64,000 nt of DNA from an uncultured Bacillota bacterium (GCA_963804645.1 CAWDRG010000022.1:32001-96000); one strand, 5' to 3'. Positions 52,612 to 62,324 are shown, counted from the first letter of the stretch. The notes: generated from the sequence alone by a model not told the origin. Numbers and translations: made by a program.

Positions 52612-53898
52612 TCAGTCCGGCCAGCGTGTGACGATCAGCGTACCGTTCTGCCCGCCGAACCCGAAGGAGTTGGACAGCGCCGTGTGCGGCTCCACGCGCC
52701 GTGCTTCATTGGGCACGTAGTCCAGGTCGCAGTCCGGGTCCGGATGCTCCAGATTGATCGTCGGCGGCACGATGCCGGTCGACAGCGCCAGCACCGTGAC
52801 CACCAACTCGATCCCGCCCGAGGCGCACAGGAGATGCCCGATCTGCGACTTGGTCGAGCTCATCGGCACCCGGTACGCGTGGTCGCCGAGCGTCTGCTTC
52901 ACCGCGAGGGTCTCCACCCGGTCATTCTGGAGCGTCGCCGTGCCGTGCGCGTTGATGTAGTCAACCTCCTCGGGCGCGATCCCGGCGTCCGCGAGCGCCG
53001 CGCGCATGCACTGGATCGCGCCCCGCCCGTCCGGGTGGCTGTCGGTGAACCGATACCCGTCGCACGACGAGCCGTACCCGACGAGCTCCGCGTGGATCCG
53101 CGCGCCGCGGCGCTGCGCGTGCGACAGCTCCTCCAAGATCACCAACCCGGCCCCTTCGCCGAGCACGAGCCCATCGCGCTTCCGGTCGAACGGACGGCAC
53201 GCCTTCGCCGGATCCCCCTGGAAGGGGGACGCGACGCTCAGCAGGGTGAACCCCGTCACGCACACCGCCGACAGCATGCTGTCGGCGCCCCCGGCGACCA
53301 TCAGGTCGGTGTCGCCGCGGCGGATCATGTGCAGCGCCTCGCCGATCGCCTGCGTGGCCGACGCGCACGCCGACTGGACGGTCATGCACGGGCCGTGCAG
53401 CAGATGCCGCCCCGCCAGCAGCGTCGACACCATGCCGATGTCGCGCTGGGCCAGGAGCTCGGGCATCTTGCGGCAGATCGCCAGGTACTGCTCCTTGTAC
53501 GACCCCTCGTGCAGCGCCTCGGTGGGCCACGAATACGCGCCCTCGTCGATCACCGGAAAGTTCGACGCGCCGACAATCAGGCCCGCGCGCCAGGGGTCAT
53601 ACTCCGTCTCGCCGAGCCCGGCGTCGCGCCACGCTTCGTCGAGCGCCCACACCCCGAGCTTCACGGAGCGGGTCGCGAACGGTCGCAGCACGTCCCCAAC
53701 GTCGGGAATCGTGAGCTGCTCCAGGTCGACCTCGCTCCCGATGTGCACGGGAAAATCGTCGCTCTTGAACTGCCGGATCTGCCCCACCCCGGACTTGCCC
53801 GCCAGGATGGCGTCCCAGTTCCGCTCGACCCCGGCGCCGAGCGAGGTCACGGCGCCCATGCCGGTAATCACCACGCGGCGCGCCGCCGCCTCCGTCAT
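52612..53898 (-). CDS. beta-ketoacyl-ACP synthase (FabF-type, intact Cys-His-His)
   Basis: SACAS, NAHGTAT, STKSQIGHL, SNSFGFGG. Confidence 0.95.
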   Translation of the reverse strand: MTEAAARRVVITGMGAVTSLGAGVERNWDAILAGKSGVGQIRQFKSDDFPVHIGSEVDLEQLTIPDVGDVLRPFATRSVKLGVWALDEAWRDAGLGETEYDPWRAGLIVGASNFPVIDEGAYSWPTEALHEGSYKEQYLAICRKMPELLAQRDIGMVSTLLAGRHLLHGPCMTVQSACASATQAIGEALHMIRRGDTDLMVAGGADSMLSAVCVTGFTLLSVASPFQGDPAKACRPFDRKRDGLVLGEGAGLVILEELSHAQRRGARIHAELVGYGSSCDGYRFTDSHPDGRGAIQCMRAALADAGIAPEEVDYINAHGTATLQNDRVETLAVKQTLGDHAYRVPMSSTKSQIGHLLCASGGIELVVTVLALSTGIVPPTINLEHPDPDCDLDYVPNEARRVEPHTALSNSFGFGGQNGTLIVTRWPD

Positions 53899-54353
53899 GG
53901 CGCCTCCTCCGTCCGGTCGGGATACAGCAGGAGAAACATCCGGCGCGCCTCGGCGGGATCGAGGTACCGCTCGATCGGTTCAAGCGACAGGGTAAAGGTG
54001 GCCGACGCCACCAGCGTGTCCAGATGGTAGGCCTTCCCCTGCACCTTGACCTCGGCCTCGCCGCGCTCCACGACCTTCACCTCCACCCGGAGCTGGCTCC
54101 CGGGGCCGAGCACGCGCCGGAACTTGAGGTTGTCGAACGAGGTCGCCAGCCCAAGCTGGCGAAACTCACTGGCCTGCCGCACGACCCAGTCGGCGAGCTG
54201 CACCATCGACTCGACGATCATCGACCCGGGCATGATCGGCCGGTGGGGAAAATGATCGGCGAAAAAATCCTCGCTCATCGTGATGTTCTTGACCCCCGTC
54301 GCGCGCACGCCCGGCTCCAGCTCGAGGATCGAGTCGACGAGCAGGAACCTCAT
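53895..54353 (-). CDS. FabZ-type 3-hydroxyacyl-ACP dehydratase
   Basis: FLLVD, KN.T..E.FF..HFP..PIMPG..IVESMVQ. Confidence 0.92.
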   Translation of the reverse strand: MRFLLVDSILELEPGVRATGVKNITMSEDFFADHFPHRPIMPGSMIVESMVQLADWVVRQASEFRQLGLATSFDNLKFRRVLGPGSQLRVEVKVVERGEAEVKVQGKAYHLDTLVASATFTLSLEPIERYLDPAEARRMFLLLYPDRTEEAP

Positions 54354-54940
54354 GACTCCGCCTGTGACTGCTTGAACAGCTCGGTCAAGTCGCGGAGCAG
54401 GATATCGTCCCCGCTCTCGAGCGGCACGATCTCCCCGCAGCTCGGACATTCCAGCTCCGGCATCACGGTCGACTCGACGAGCGCGGCGCCGCACTTCGGG
54501 CAGTCGCGCGGGGCCTCCGCCTTCGCCTCCAAGAGCCGCACGGTGATCCGTGCGAAGCTGCCCACGCTGATCATCTTGACGACGTCGATCGCCTTCAGCC
54601 CGGGCCGGAACTTGGTGGGATCCAACTCGGGCATGCCCCGGCGCAGCATCTCCAGCCCGAGCGGCGTGACCACGCCCGAGACCACGAGGTCCTCCTCGCG
54701 GAAATGCTGGGCGGCGCGCTCGAGGATGTCGGCGCGCGGGAACTGAATCCGGTACTCCTTCTCCAGCAGAAACGCCATGTCGAGCAGGTCGAGCGACTCG
54801 GCCCCGAGATCGAACAGCGACGACTCAAGCGTCACGTCGTCGAGCTTGAGCTCGAGCGACTTCGCCACGACCTCGCGGACCTTCTGGTGCACCTCCGCAA
54901 CCGGCACTGCCGGGTGCGCGCGCTGCTCATCCGGACCCAT
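54350..54940 (-). CDS. extended acyl carrier protein with C-terminal zinc ribbon
   Basis: DLGAESLDLLD Ppant site, long internal insertion, CPKC-x13-CPSC; GAGGAGG RBS. Confidence 0.88.
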   Translation of the reverse strand: MGPDEQRAHPAVPVAEVHQKVREVVAKSLELKLDDVTLESSLFDLGAESLDLLDMAFLLEKEYRIQFPRADILERAAQHFREEDLVVSGVVTPLGLEMLRRGMPELDPTKFRPGLKAIDVVKMISVGSFARITVRLLEAKAEAPRDCPKCGAALVESTVMPELECPSCGEIVPLESGDDILLRDLTELFKQSQAES

Positions 54941-54961
54941 CGTTCCTCCTCGCCTGCTGAA

Positions 54962-54985
54962 CTGACCGCACTGCTGACCGCACTG
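54962..54985 (+). repeat. perfect 12-bp tandem repeat (CTGACCGCACTG x2)
   Basis: Read directly in the fabG-ACP intergenic region. Confidence 0.8.
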
Positions 54986-54988
54986 GGG

Positions 54989-55747
54989 TCACAACCCGTA
55001 CCCGCCGGTCACGTGCAGAATCTGTCCGGTGATGTAGCTCGCCTCGTCCGAGGCGAGAAAACACACGGCGCGGGCCACGTCCGCCGGCTCGCCGAATCGC
55101 TTGAGCGGGATCTGGCCGAGGATCTCGTCCCCGGCGAGCGTGCGGACCCGCTCCGACATCTCCGTGAGGATCACCCCCGGCGAGACGGCGTTGACGCGCA
55201 CCGCCTTCGGGGCCAGCTCCACCGCGAGCGAGCGCACCATCGCGTTCAGCCCGCCCTTGGCGGCCACGTAGTTCCCGTGACCGCGCCCCGCGCGGTCGGC
55301 CGCGATGGACGACAGGCACACGATGCTCCCGCCCTGCTGGCGCATCATGAACGGCAGCACCTCCCGAATGCACAGAAACGGCCCCCGGAGATTCGTCTGG
55401 ATCACGGCGTCCCACTGGTCGAGCGTCATCGCCCCGATCAGCTGGTCGCGGACGACCCCCGCGTTGGCCACCAGCACGTCGATGCGGCCGAACCGCTTGG
55501 CCGCGGCGCGCACGAGTCCCCGCACGCCCGCCTCGTCGGCGACGTCGGCCTGGACCGCGCACGCCTCGCCCCCGCCCGCCTGGATCGCGGCGACAACCGC
55601 GTCGGCGTCGGCCGCCGCCTGGCGGTAGTTCACCACGACGCGGGCGCCCTCGGCGGCCAGCTGGGTGGCGACGGCGCGGCCGATGCCGCGCGACGCGCCG
55701 GTGACGATCGCCACCCGCTCGCGGAACCGCGCCCCCGGGTCAGCCAC
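54989..55747 (-). CDS. 3-oxoacyl-ACP reductase (FabG-type)
   Basis: TGASRGIG, NAG..RD, NYVAAK, VNAVSPG.I.TEM. Confidence 0.93.
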   Translation of the reverse strand: MADPGARFRERVAIVTGASRGIGRAVATQLAAEGARVVVNYRQAAADADAVVAAIQAGGGEACAVQADVADEAGVRGLVRAAAKRFGRIDVLVANAGVVRDQLIGAMTLDQWDAVIQTNLRGPFLCIREVLPFMMRQQGGSIVCLSSIAADRAGRGHGNYVAAKGGLNAMVRSLAVELAPKAVRVNAVSPGVILTEMSERVRTLAGDEILGQIPLKRFGEPADVARAVCFLASDEASYITGQILHVTGGYGL

Positions 55748-56507
55748 GGTGCGAGAGGGCCAGTGAATAGCCCCCGTCGGCGATCAGCGTTTGTCCCCGG
55801 ATCCAGTCCGACTCCGGGGAACACAGGAACGCGACGACGCCGGCCACGTCCGCCGGGGTGGCGAGGCGCCCGGCGGGCGTGCCCGCGACGACGTGCCGCA
55901 CCAGCTCGTCGTAGTCCGGCGCGAGGCGCATGCTCTCGGTGTCGACAAACCCGGCGGACACGACGTTGACGTTGATCTTCCGCGGCGCGAGCTCCACCGC
56001 GAGGTACCGGGCCAGCGTCTCGATGACGGCCTTGGCGGCCCCCAAGCCCGCATAGTCGGGCACGCAGAACCTCGACCCGAGGCTGCTGAGCCCGATGATC
56101 CGGCCGCCGTTCGGGCCCATCAGCTCGGCCGCCATCTGCGAGCCGAGCAGAAAGGCGCGCGCGTTCATGTCCATCACCTTCTGCCAGTTCCGGCTGTTCA
56201 GCTCCATCGCCGGCCGGAAGGTCGTCCGGGCCGCGTTGCTGATGAAGATGTCGAGGCGTTCGAACCGCTCCCGGACGTGGTCGAACAACCCGCGCAGCAG
56301 CGTCTCCTGTCCGACGTCCAAGGACTGCATCGAGGCCGGCACGCCCATCGCTTCGATGTCGGCGACGGTCTGCCGCGCCGAGGTGTAATCCATGCAGTAG
56401 CCGACGAGGATGTGGGCCGGCTGCTCCCGCGCCAGCCGGAGGGCGATCGCCCGGCCGATCCCGCGCGTGCCCCCGGTGATGAGCACGATCTGTCCCCCGA
56501 GCGCCAT
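55740..56507 (-). CDS. enoyl-ACP reductase, FabL-like SDR
   Basis: TGGTRGIG, SNAA, SSLGS, YAGLGAAK (Yx6K spacing), RYLAVEL, WIRGQT. Confidence 0.85.
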   Translation of the reverse strand: MALGGQIVLITGGTRGIGRAIALRLAREQPAHILVGYCMDYTSARQTVADIEAMGVPASMQSLDVGQETLLRGLFDHVRERFERLDIFISNAARTTFRPAMELNSRNWQKVMDMNARAFLLGSQMAAELMGPNGGRIIGLSSLGSRFCVPDYAGLGAAKAVIETLARYLAVELAPRKINVNVVSAGFVDTESMRLAPDYDELVRHVVAGTPAGRLATPADVAGVVAFLCSPESDWIRGQTLIADGGYSLALSHRG

Positions 56508-56508
56508 C

Positions 56509-57576
56509 TCACGCCACCTCGCGAACAGGGCGGTAGACCTCGTCGACGAGCCGGCGGGCCAGCCGAACCGGGTCGTGCCGGAGGGCCACGTACGCCGGAC
56601 CGCGCCGGCGCAGCTCCCGGCGGAGCGCCGGCGCGCCCAGGATCTCGTGGATCGCCTCGCACCACACCCGGGGATCGCGCGAACGGACGAGGCGGCCGCC
56701 CGACCCCGGCCCCACGGCCTCCACGAGGCCGCCCACGGCCGCGGCCAGCACCGGCGCGCCGACCCGCATCGCTTCGAGGGCCACGATCCCGAACGGCTCA
56801 TACTCGCTCGGGATCAGCACGAGCCCCGCGCCCGAGAACAGCCGGTCCAGCGTCTCCCGGTCCACCCACCCGACGACGCGGCAGGCCTCCGGATGCGCCG
56901 CGGCCAGACCGTCCGCGATGCGGTGCCCGAGCGCGTCGCCGTGTCCGCCCGCCACGACGAATCGGTACCGGCCCGCGAGGCGGCGCACGATCACGTCCAA
57001 GAGCGCCATCCCCTTGCTGCGCGCGAAGCGGCCGGCAAACACGACCGGGCCCGGCTCCTCCGGCGCGGGCCCCGCGGGCGGCAGGGCGGCCACCCCGTTT
57101 GGCAGCACGCTGCTGCGCCCCGCGAGCGACGGGAGGCGGTCGAGCGCGGCCGTGCGCTCGTCCGCGCTGAGGAAGACGACGTGGTCGCTCCGCGTCATGA
57201 GCGCGACCTGCAGCCGCCGCCAGCCCTCCGCCTCGGGGACGCCCGGCAGCTCCCGCTCGAGCAGGGAATGCGCGGTGTAGACGAGCGGCACGCGAAAGCG
57301 GCGCCGCATCTCCAGCGCGAGCTCGCCCAGGCTGAGCGAGTGCAGATGGATCACGTCGAACTCGGCCGGCCGCACCGGACAGCGGTCCCCGGACAGCCCG
57401 TGGACCACCGGACCGCGCCCCGCCGGCGCCGCGGCGGGGCCGTCCGCCCGCGCGGGGGCCAGCACGTGCACGTCCACGCCGACCGCGGTCAGCGCGGCCG
57501 CCTGCGCCGCCACGGCCGTCCCGATGCCGGACCAGACGGGCTCGGGATAGTCGGCGGTCAGCATCAAGGCGCGCAC
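56509..57576 (-). CDS. glycosyltransferase family 4
   Basis: DYP...SGIG, YTAH, LPNG, FAGRF..SKG, YEPFGIVALEAM. Confidence 0.92.
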   Translation of the reverse strand: MRALMLTADYPEPVWSGIGTAVAAQAAALTAVGVDVHVLAPARADGPAAAPAGRGPVVHGLSGDRCPVRPAEFDVIHLHSLSLGELALEMRRRFRVPLVYTAHSLLERELPGVPEAEGWRRLQVALMTRSDHVVFLSADERTAALDRLPSLAGRSSVLPNGVAALPPAGPAPEEPGPVVFAGRFARSKGMALLDVIVRRLAGRYRFVVAGGHGDALGHRIADGLAAAHPEACRVVGWVDRETLDRLFSGAGLVLIPSEYEPFGIVALEAMRVGAPVLAAAVGGLVEAVGPGSGGRLVRSRDPRVWCEAIHEILGAPALRRELRRRGPAYVALRHDPVRLARRLVDEVYRPVREVA

Positions 57577-57580
57577 GCGG

Positions 57581-59503
57581 TCACCTCGGCCCCGCGTCCG
57601 GTGTCCGGGCGAGGACCGTCAGTTGGTCGGAGTCTCCTCCGCCGAGCTGCCGCATCAGCCGCATCCAGCGCGGCGACATCTCGTCCGGAAGCGCCGGGAC
57701 CCGCAGCCGCTCGGGCGCGTCGAAGCCCGCGCTCGTCAGGAGCGTCGAGAGCGACGTCTCGGTGAAGTACTGTAAATGCACCAACGGATTGATCGCCTCC
57801 CAATGCTTGCCGAGAACCTTGAAGTGCATCGACCCCAGATCCGGAACCGCCACGTACAGCAGGCCGCCCGGGTTCAGCACGTCGGCGACCTGCTCGAGCG
57901 CCGCCCGCGGGTCCGGCAGGTGCTCCAGGACGTGGCTCATGACCACCACGTCGAACGCCTGCCATGGGATCGGATCGCGCCCCACGACGGCGCGCGCGAC
58001 GCGGTCGCCGAACTCGAGCGTGAGGCGGTCCACCTGGGCCTGCGAGCTGTCGACGCCGTACACCTCAAAGCCGTACGCCGGCGCGACGCGCATCAGGTAG
58101 CCGCGGCCGAAGCCGAGATCCAGGAGACGCGCGCCGGACGTCCGCAGCGACAGCCAGTGGCAGATGAACTCGGCGTACATGCGCTGCGCTTCCAGGTACC
58201 GGTCGTCGGCCGCGCTGGGATCGTCCTCGAGCAGCCGGGCCTGCACCTCACCGCTGATACGCGGGCTGACGTACACGTGGCTGCACGCCGCGCACCGGTG
58301 GTAGGCGAAGCCTTGCTTCTGGAACAGCGGCCGCCGTTCCCGCGACCCGCAGGCGCCGCACGCCACGGACACGAGGGCCGCGGGCCCCGCCTCTTCGACC
58401 ACCTGCTGCAGCTCGGAGAACCAGAAGAGGCGCGCCGGCGGCGCCGGCGGAGGCGCCGCGTCGACCGCGGGCTCGACGAACAGGCCGAGGCGGTACGCGA
58501 TCTCGCAGGACTCGGAGAGTTTGGACAGCGCGACCCCGCGCTCCAGCGCGGGCAGCGCCTCGGCCATCGCCCCGAGGTCCAGGAACGTCTCCGCGATGCG
58601 GCGCTCGACCCCGACGGGCACGCGCCGCAGCGGGGCCAGCTCGGTCGCCGCGCGGTCGTCCCCCCGCGCGCGGTCCCCGTTGAGCCGGCTGAGCGACACC
58701 AGGTTCGGCTGTCCCTCCCGCAGATCTTCTTCCTGATCCTGCACGTCGTTCAGGTACTGGGCCAGCTCGAAGTACCGCTCCAAGAACGGCAGCAGCGCCG
58801 ACGTGCGACCCGGATCGAGCGCCGAGTACAGCGCCCGCAGGGACTCGACGTTCTTGAGGCGCACGAGCCGGTCGTACTCTTCCAGCGACCACTCGTGGAG
58901 ATCGGTGTACTCGATGATCGCCCCGATCACCGTGCGGCGCAGCGACCCGACCAGGGCGCGCAGGGTCGCGCCCCCGTCCGCGCCGGCCGGGTCGGCGAGC
59001 CGGTCGAGGCCCTCGAAACACAGCAGCAGTCCCGCCAGAATGCTCAGGCCCACCGCCTGCTGGGTCGTGGGCCGCGCCTCGCTCACCGCCGCCAGCAGCG
59101 TGTCGTGCCGTCCCTTGTACGACACGTGCTGGTCGATGATGTCGTCGAACACCCGCGTAATCGCGATGTGGACGAGCCCGCACGCCGCGACCGCGCGGCG
59201 AAACGCGTCCGGCGCGGGCCGCACGGCGACCGCGAACACCGGCAGATCCCAAAGGGACCACTGCATCCAGCTCACGTACTCCGACGCCTGCGCCGCCAGC
59301 TGCACCGCGACCGCGTTCTGCTCGGAGATGCGGGCCACGTCGTCGCGCATGCGCGCCAGCGCCTCGTCGATCCCGAGGCTGATCTCGGCGCGGTACGCCT
59401 CGATCTCGGCGCGATACTCGGCGAGGAACGCCTCCGCGGCGGCCCGGCTCGCCTCGCGGAGGGTCGAGACGCGCACGAGCAGCTCCTGATGGGTCGCGGT
59501 CAC
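57581..59503 (-). CDS. class I isoprenoid-synthase-fold domain fused to a zinc-binding class I SAM methyltransferase
   Basis: DDIID and NDVQDQEED metal motifs in a helical N-domain; CGAC/CAAC, LDLGFGRG, MSHVLEH, LNPGG, HLQYF in the C-domain. Confidence 0.75.
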   Translation of the reverse strand: MTATHQELLVRVSTLREASRAAAEAFLAEYRAEIEAYRAEISLGIDEALARMRDDVARISEQNAVAVQLAAQASEYVSWMQWSLWDLPVFAVAVRPAPDAFRRAVAACGLVHIAITRVFDDIIDQHVSYKGRHDTLLAAVSEARPTTQQAVGLSILAGLLLCFEGLDRLADPAGADGGATLRALVGSLRRTVIGAIIEYTDLHEWSLEEYDRLVRLKNVESLRALYSALDPGRTSALLPFLERYFELAQYLNDVQDQEEDLREGQPNLVSLSRLNGDRARGDDRAATELAPLRRVPVGVERRIAETFLDLGAMAEALPALERGVALSKLSESCEIAYRLGLFVEPAVDAAPPPAPPARLFWFSELQQVVEEAGPAALVSVACGACGSRERRPLFQKQGFAYHRCAACSHVYVSPRISGEVQARLLEDDPSAADDRYLEAQRMYAEFICHWLSLRTSGARLLDLGFGRGYLMRVAPAYGFEVYGVDSSQAQVDRLTLEFGDRVARAVVGRDPIPWQAFDVVVMSHVLEHLPDPRAALEQVADVLNPGGLLYVAVPDLGSMHFKVLGKHWEAINPLVHLQYFTETSLSTLLTSAGFDAPERLRVPALPDEMSPRWMRLMRQLGGGDSDQLTVLARTPDAGPR

Positions 59504-60606
59504 GCGCCGCCCCCGCGCGCCCGGCACTCGTCCCGGGCCAGAAACGCGACGGAGAGGGCCGCGGCCCAGGCGGGCGACCCGACTCCTTTGACCGCGAAGT
59601 CCTCGTACGGCCGCTCGGCCCCCGGTTCCAAGCCGCGCAGCACCGCGAGCCGCGCCTGACGCAGCGCCGGACCGACCTCGCCGAGATACTGCAGCGCCGT
59701 CGCGCCGAGCGCGGTGCTGAGCGGGCCCCCAAACTCGCCGGTCGGGCGCTGCAGGCCGCCCAGCAGCGGGAGCAGCCGCTCCGCCACCTCGCGCCGGTGC
59801 GGCAGATCGCCTTGGGCCCACGTGCGGCCGACCGCGTAGAAAAAATACAGCGGGTCGGGAAACAGCGATGTGCCGTGCTGCAGGGTCCCGTCGGCCGTGT
59901 GCTCCCACAGCCACGCCGCCAGCCACGCGGTCTGCGGCTGGTCCCGCAGCCCCGCGCGGCACAGGTAGCGCAGCACCTCCACGTTGACGACCCGGTCAAA
60001 CCCGACGATCGGCCGCCCGACTTCGTCGGTCCACCCGTACAGGCCGCGGCCGCGCCGCACGAACGTATAGTACGCGCCGGAGGCGGACCGGAAGCTTTGA
60101 ACGACCGCGAGCTGCCGCTCCCAGCGCTCCAGCTGCTGCGCCCCGTAACTCTCGAGCAGCGCCGCGGCCGCAGACGCCGTGGTGGCGACGTCGGGATCGA
60201 TCCCCGCTCCGCGCCCGAAAAAGCGCCAGTCGCCGGCGGCCTCCTGCTGCCACGCCAGAAACTGGCGGATGCGGCGGCGCGCGTCGACCACGGCGCGCAT
60301 CGCCCCCTCGCGCGCCCGCGGCGGAAACACATCGAGGCTGCCGTCGACCCATCCCGGCGACCACGGGTCGAACGGCGAGAGCGCGTCGTGGACGAACGCG
60401 GACACGAACGGACTGCGGCACTGCACGTAGCGTCCGTCCGGATCCCGGCGGTACGACAGGATTTCCCCGGACGGGTGCTGGCTCCACAGAATCATCCGGA
60501 GGGTGCGCAGCACGCGCTCGCCGAGCACCCGCCGCGCCGGAGACTCCTCGGCCGCCGCGCCGCCGGCGCCCCAGGGCATCAGGGCCTGCGGGGTCAACGC
60601 CGTCAT
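59500..60606 (-). CDS. prenyltransferase/squalene-cyclase-type alpha/alpha barrel protein
   Basis: QW-like repeats (SQHPSG, FLAWQQEAAGDWRFF, LQRPTGEFG), DPDVATT at the DxDD position, D.VVN..VL.YL. Confidence 0.7.
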   Translation of the reverse strand: MTALTPQALMPWGAGGAAAEESPARRVLGERVLRTLRMILWSQHPSGEILSYRRDPDGRYVQCRSPFVSAFVHDALSPFDPWSPGWVDGSLDVFPPRAREGAMRAVVDARRRIRQFLAWQQEAAGDWRFFGRGAGIDPDVATTASAAAALLESYGAQQLERWERQLAVVQSFRSASGAYYTFVRRGRGLYGWTDEVGRPIVGFDRVVNVEVLRYLCRAGLRDQPQTAWLAAWLWEHTADGTLQHGTSLFPDPLYFFYAVGRTWAQGDLPHRREVAERLLPLLGGLQRPTGEFGGPLSTALGATALQYLGEVGPALRQARLAVLRGLEPGAERPYEDFAVKGVGSPAWAAALSVAFLARDECRARGGGA

Positions 60607-62324
60607 GCGTCGGTCCGCTCGACCATGAGGGCGAGAAACTTGCTGAGGTTCGTGGTGCGCCACTCCCGCCACGCATCCTCGACGTGGCGCGCGACGTCGC
60701 CGCGCAGTTCGGCGGGGACCGGACGCTCCCCGTTGAGCTCCCGGGGGGCGGCGTCGTAGACCGTGTCGGCGAGCACCCCGCGGGCGCCGCGGGGCCAGGC
60801 GGGCAGCCGTTCGACCACGGCGCGGTAAGCGCCGACGAAGCGGTCGTACGAGTCGCACAGCGCCGGGAACCCTCCGTCGGAGGTCCCGTCTACCACACGC
60901 TCGAGCGCGCGTTCGGCCGCGACCAAGCCGACCTCGACATCCGAGATCGGCGGCGTGGCGAGATCCGCCAGCGGGACGATCCCCCGTCGGGCCAACACCT
61001 GCCGCATGCCCGCCGCGACGTCGTCGAGCGGCGCCTCATCGCTGAAGTAGTAGCTGGCCGCGCTCGGCACGCGCCAGTCTTCGAGGCCCGGGGCCGCCAG
61101 CACAAGCGTCGTGCAGCCGAGCGTCGGCGCCGCGTGGGCGGTGAACGAGTCGGCGCAGATCACGGCGTGCGCCTCTTCCAGCTCCGCGAAGACGCCATCG
61201 AGCGGGAGTCCCCGCGCCTCGCCGGCGGCGGCGACCTCGAAGCGCGCGGCGAGTCCCGGGTGCCGGCCCGCGGCGGCGCGCGCCACGTCCGACGCAAACC
61301 GCCGGGTCGTCAGGTTGGGGCCCGGGTCCAGCACGACCCGGACCGGTCGGCCCGCGTCCGCCGGCACCACGGCGGCGACGAGCTGGCTCCAGTAGCGGGG
61401 CGACGGGTCGTACTTCGACGTAAAGGGGGACACGTAAATCCGCAGGATCGCCGGATCCGGGACCGCCCGCCGCGCGACAGCGGTCAACAGGTCCGCGGTC
61501 GCGGGTGACACGCCGAGCCCGCGCGCGAGCCGGGCGAACCCATGGTAGTAGTTCCCGAACGCCGGGGCCGTCTCGGCGACCCGGTGGATCCACCGGCGGC
61601 GGTTGTCCACGGCGACCATCACGTGAGCGCCGATCGACAGTTCCACGTAGCGCGGGATCCGCTCCTCGCGCGCGACGGCCTGGTGCAGCTCGGGATTCTC
61701 AAAATCGATCAGCGCCACCAGGTCGAACGCGCCGAGGGCGCTCTCGCCGCGCATCGCGTGCAGCAGGCTCAGATACTCGTGATACCGCTCGACGCGGTCG
61801 ACCCCCGCGACCCGGTTCCACAGCCCCTCGTACGCCGAGAGCACCGTGATCTCCGCGCCGGGCACGGCCGCCTTGATCCAGCGCGGAAGCGGGAACGTCA
61901 TGATCTCGTCGCCGATCCCGATCGCCGGCCCGAGCACCAGGAGCATCCGGCGGGCGTCCCGCAGAAAGTCGGGCGGCGGCGCGGCGTCCCCCGCGATGTA
62001 GCCGCGCGGGAATGTGGTCTGCACCAGCGGCGCCAGCGTCTGCTGCAGCCGTTCGGCGGTCTCGGGCAGGTTCCCGGGGTTCATGCTCCGCAGCAGCCGC
62101 GCGGTCATCGCCGCGCGCGGATGCGCCGCGGCCTCGAACACCCCCGCGAGCGACTGCAGCCCGTCGATCCGCCGCAGGACATAGTGGGTGTTGCTGCGGC
62201 TGATCGGGCGCCGCGTGAGAAAGAACAGGTACCGCGACACCACGAGCGCCGGCAGCAGCAGCGCCGGATCCCACGGAGCCTCGGCGCGCGCGCGAAGCGC
62301 GCTGGCGGGGATCACCACCCTCAC
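60603..62324 (-). CDS. GT9 (heptosyltransferase-like) domain protein with extensions
   Basis: GIGDEI and ICADSFTAHAA motifs, equivalent to GT9 IGD and DSG..H.A. Confidence 0.65.
   Translation of the reverse strand: MRVVIPASALRARAEAPWDPALLLPALVVSRYLFFLTRRPISRSNTHYVLRRIDGLQSLAGVFEAAAHPRAAMTARLLRSMNPGNLPETAERLQQTLAPLVQTTFPRGYIAGDAAPPPDFLRDARRMLLVLGPAIGIGDEIMTFPLPRWIKAAVPGAEITVLSAYEGLWNRVAGVDRVERYHEYLSLLHAMRGESALGAFDLVALIDFENPELHQAVAREERIPRYVELSIGAHVMVAVDNRRRWIHRVAETAPAFGNYYHGFARLARGLGVSPATADLLTAVARRAVPDPAILRIYVSPFTSKYDPSPRYWSQLVAAVVPADAGRPVRVVLDPGPNLTTRRFASDVARAAAGRHPGLAARFEVAAAGEARGLPLDGVFAELEEAHAVICADSFTAHAAPTLGCTTLVLAAPGLEDWRVPSAASYYFSDEAPLDDVAAGMRQVLARRGIVPLADLATPPISDVEVGLVAAERALERVVDGTSDGGFPALCDSYDRFVGAYRAVVERLPAWPRGARGVLADTVYDAAPRELNGERPVPAELRGDVARHVEDAWREWRTTNLSKFLALMVERTDA

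Noticed and set aside
50844..56507. True ladderane or aryl polyene cluster
   Set aside because: No radical SAM or desaturase genes and no aryl starter, transport or lipoprotein-carrier genes were seen; only the generic Fab-like core is shared.
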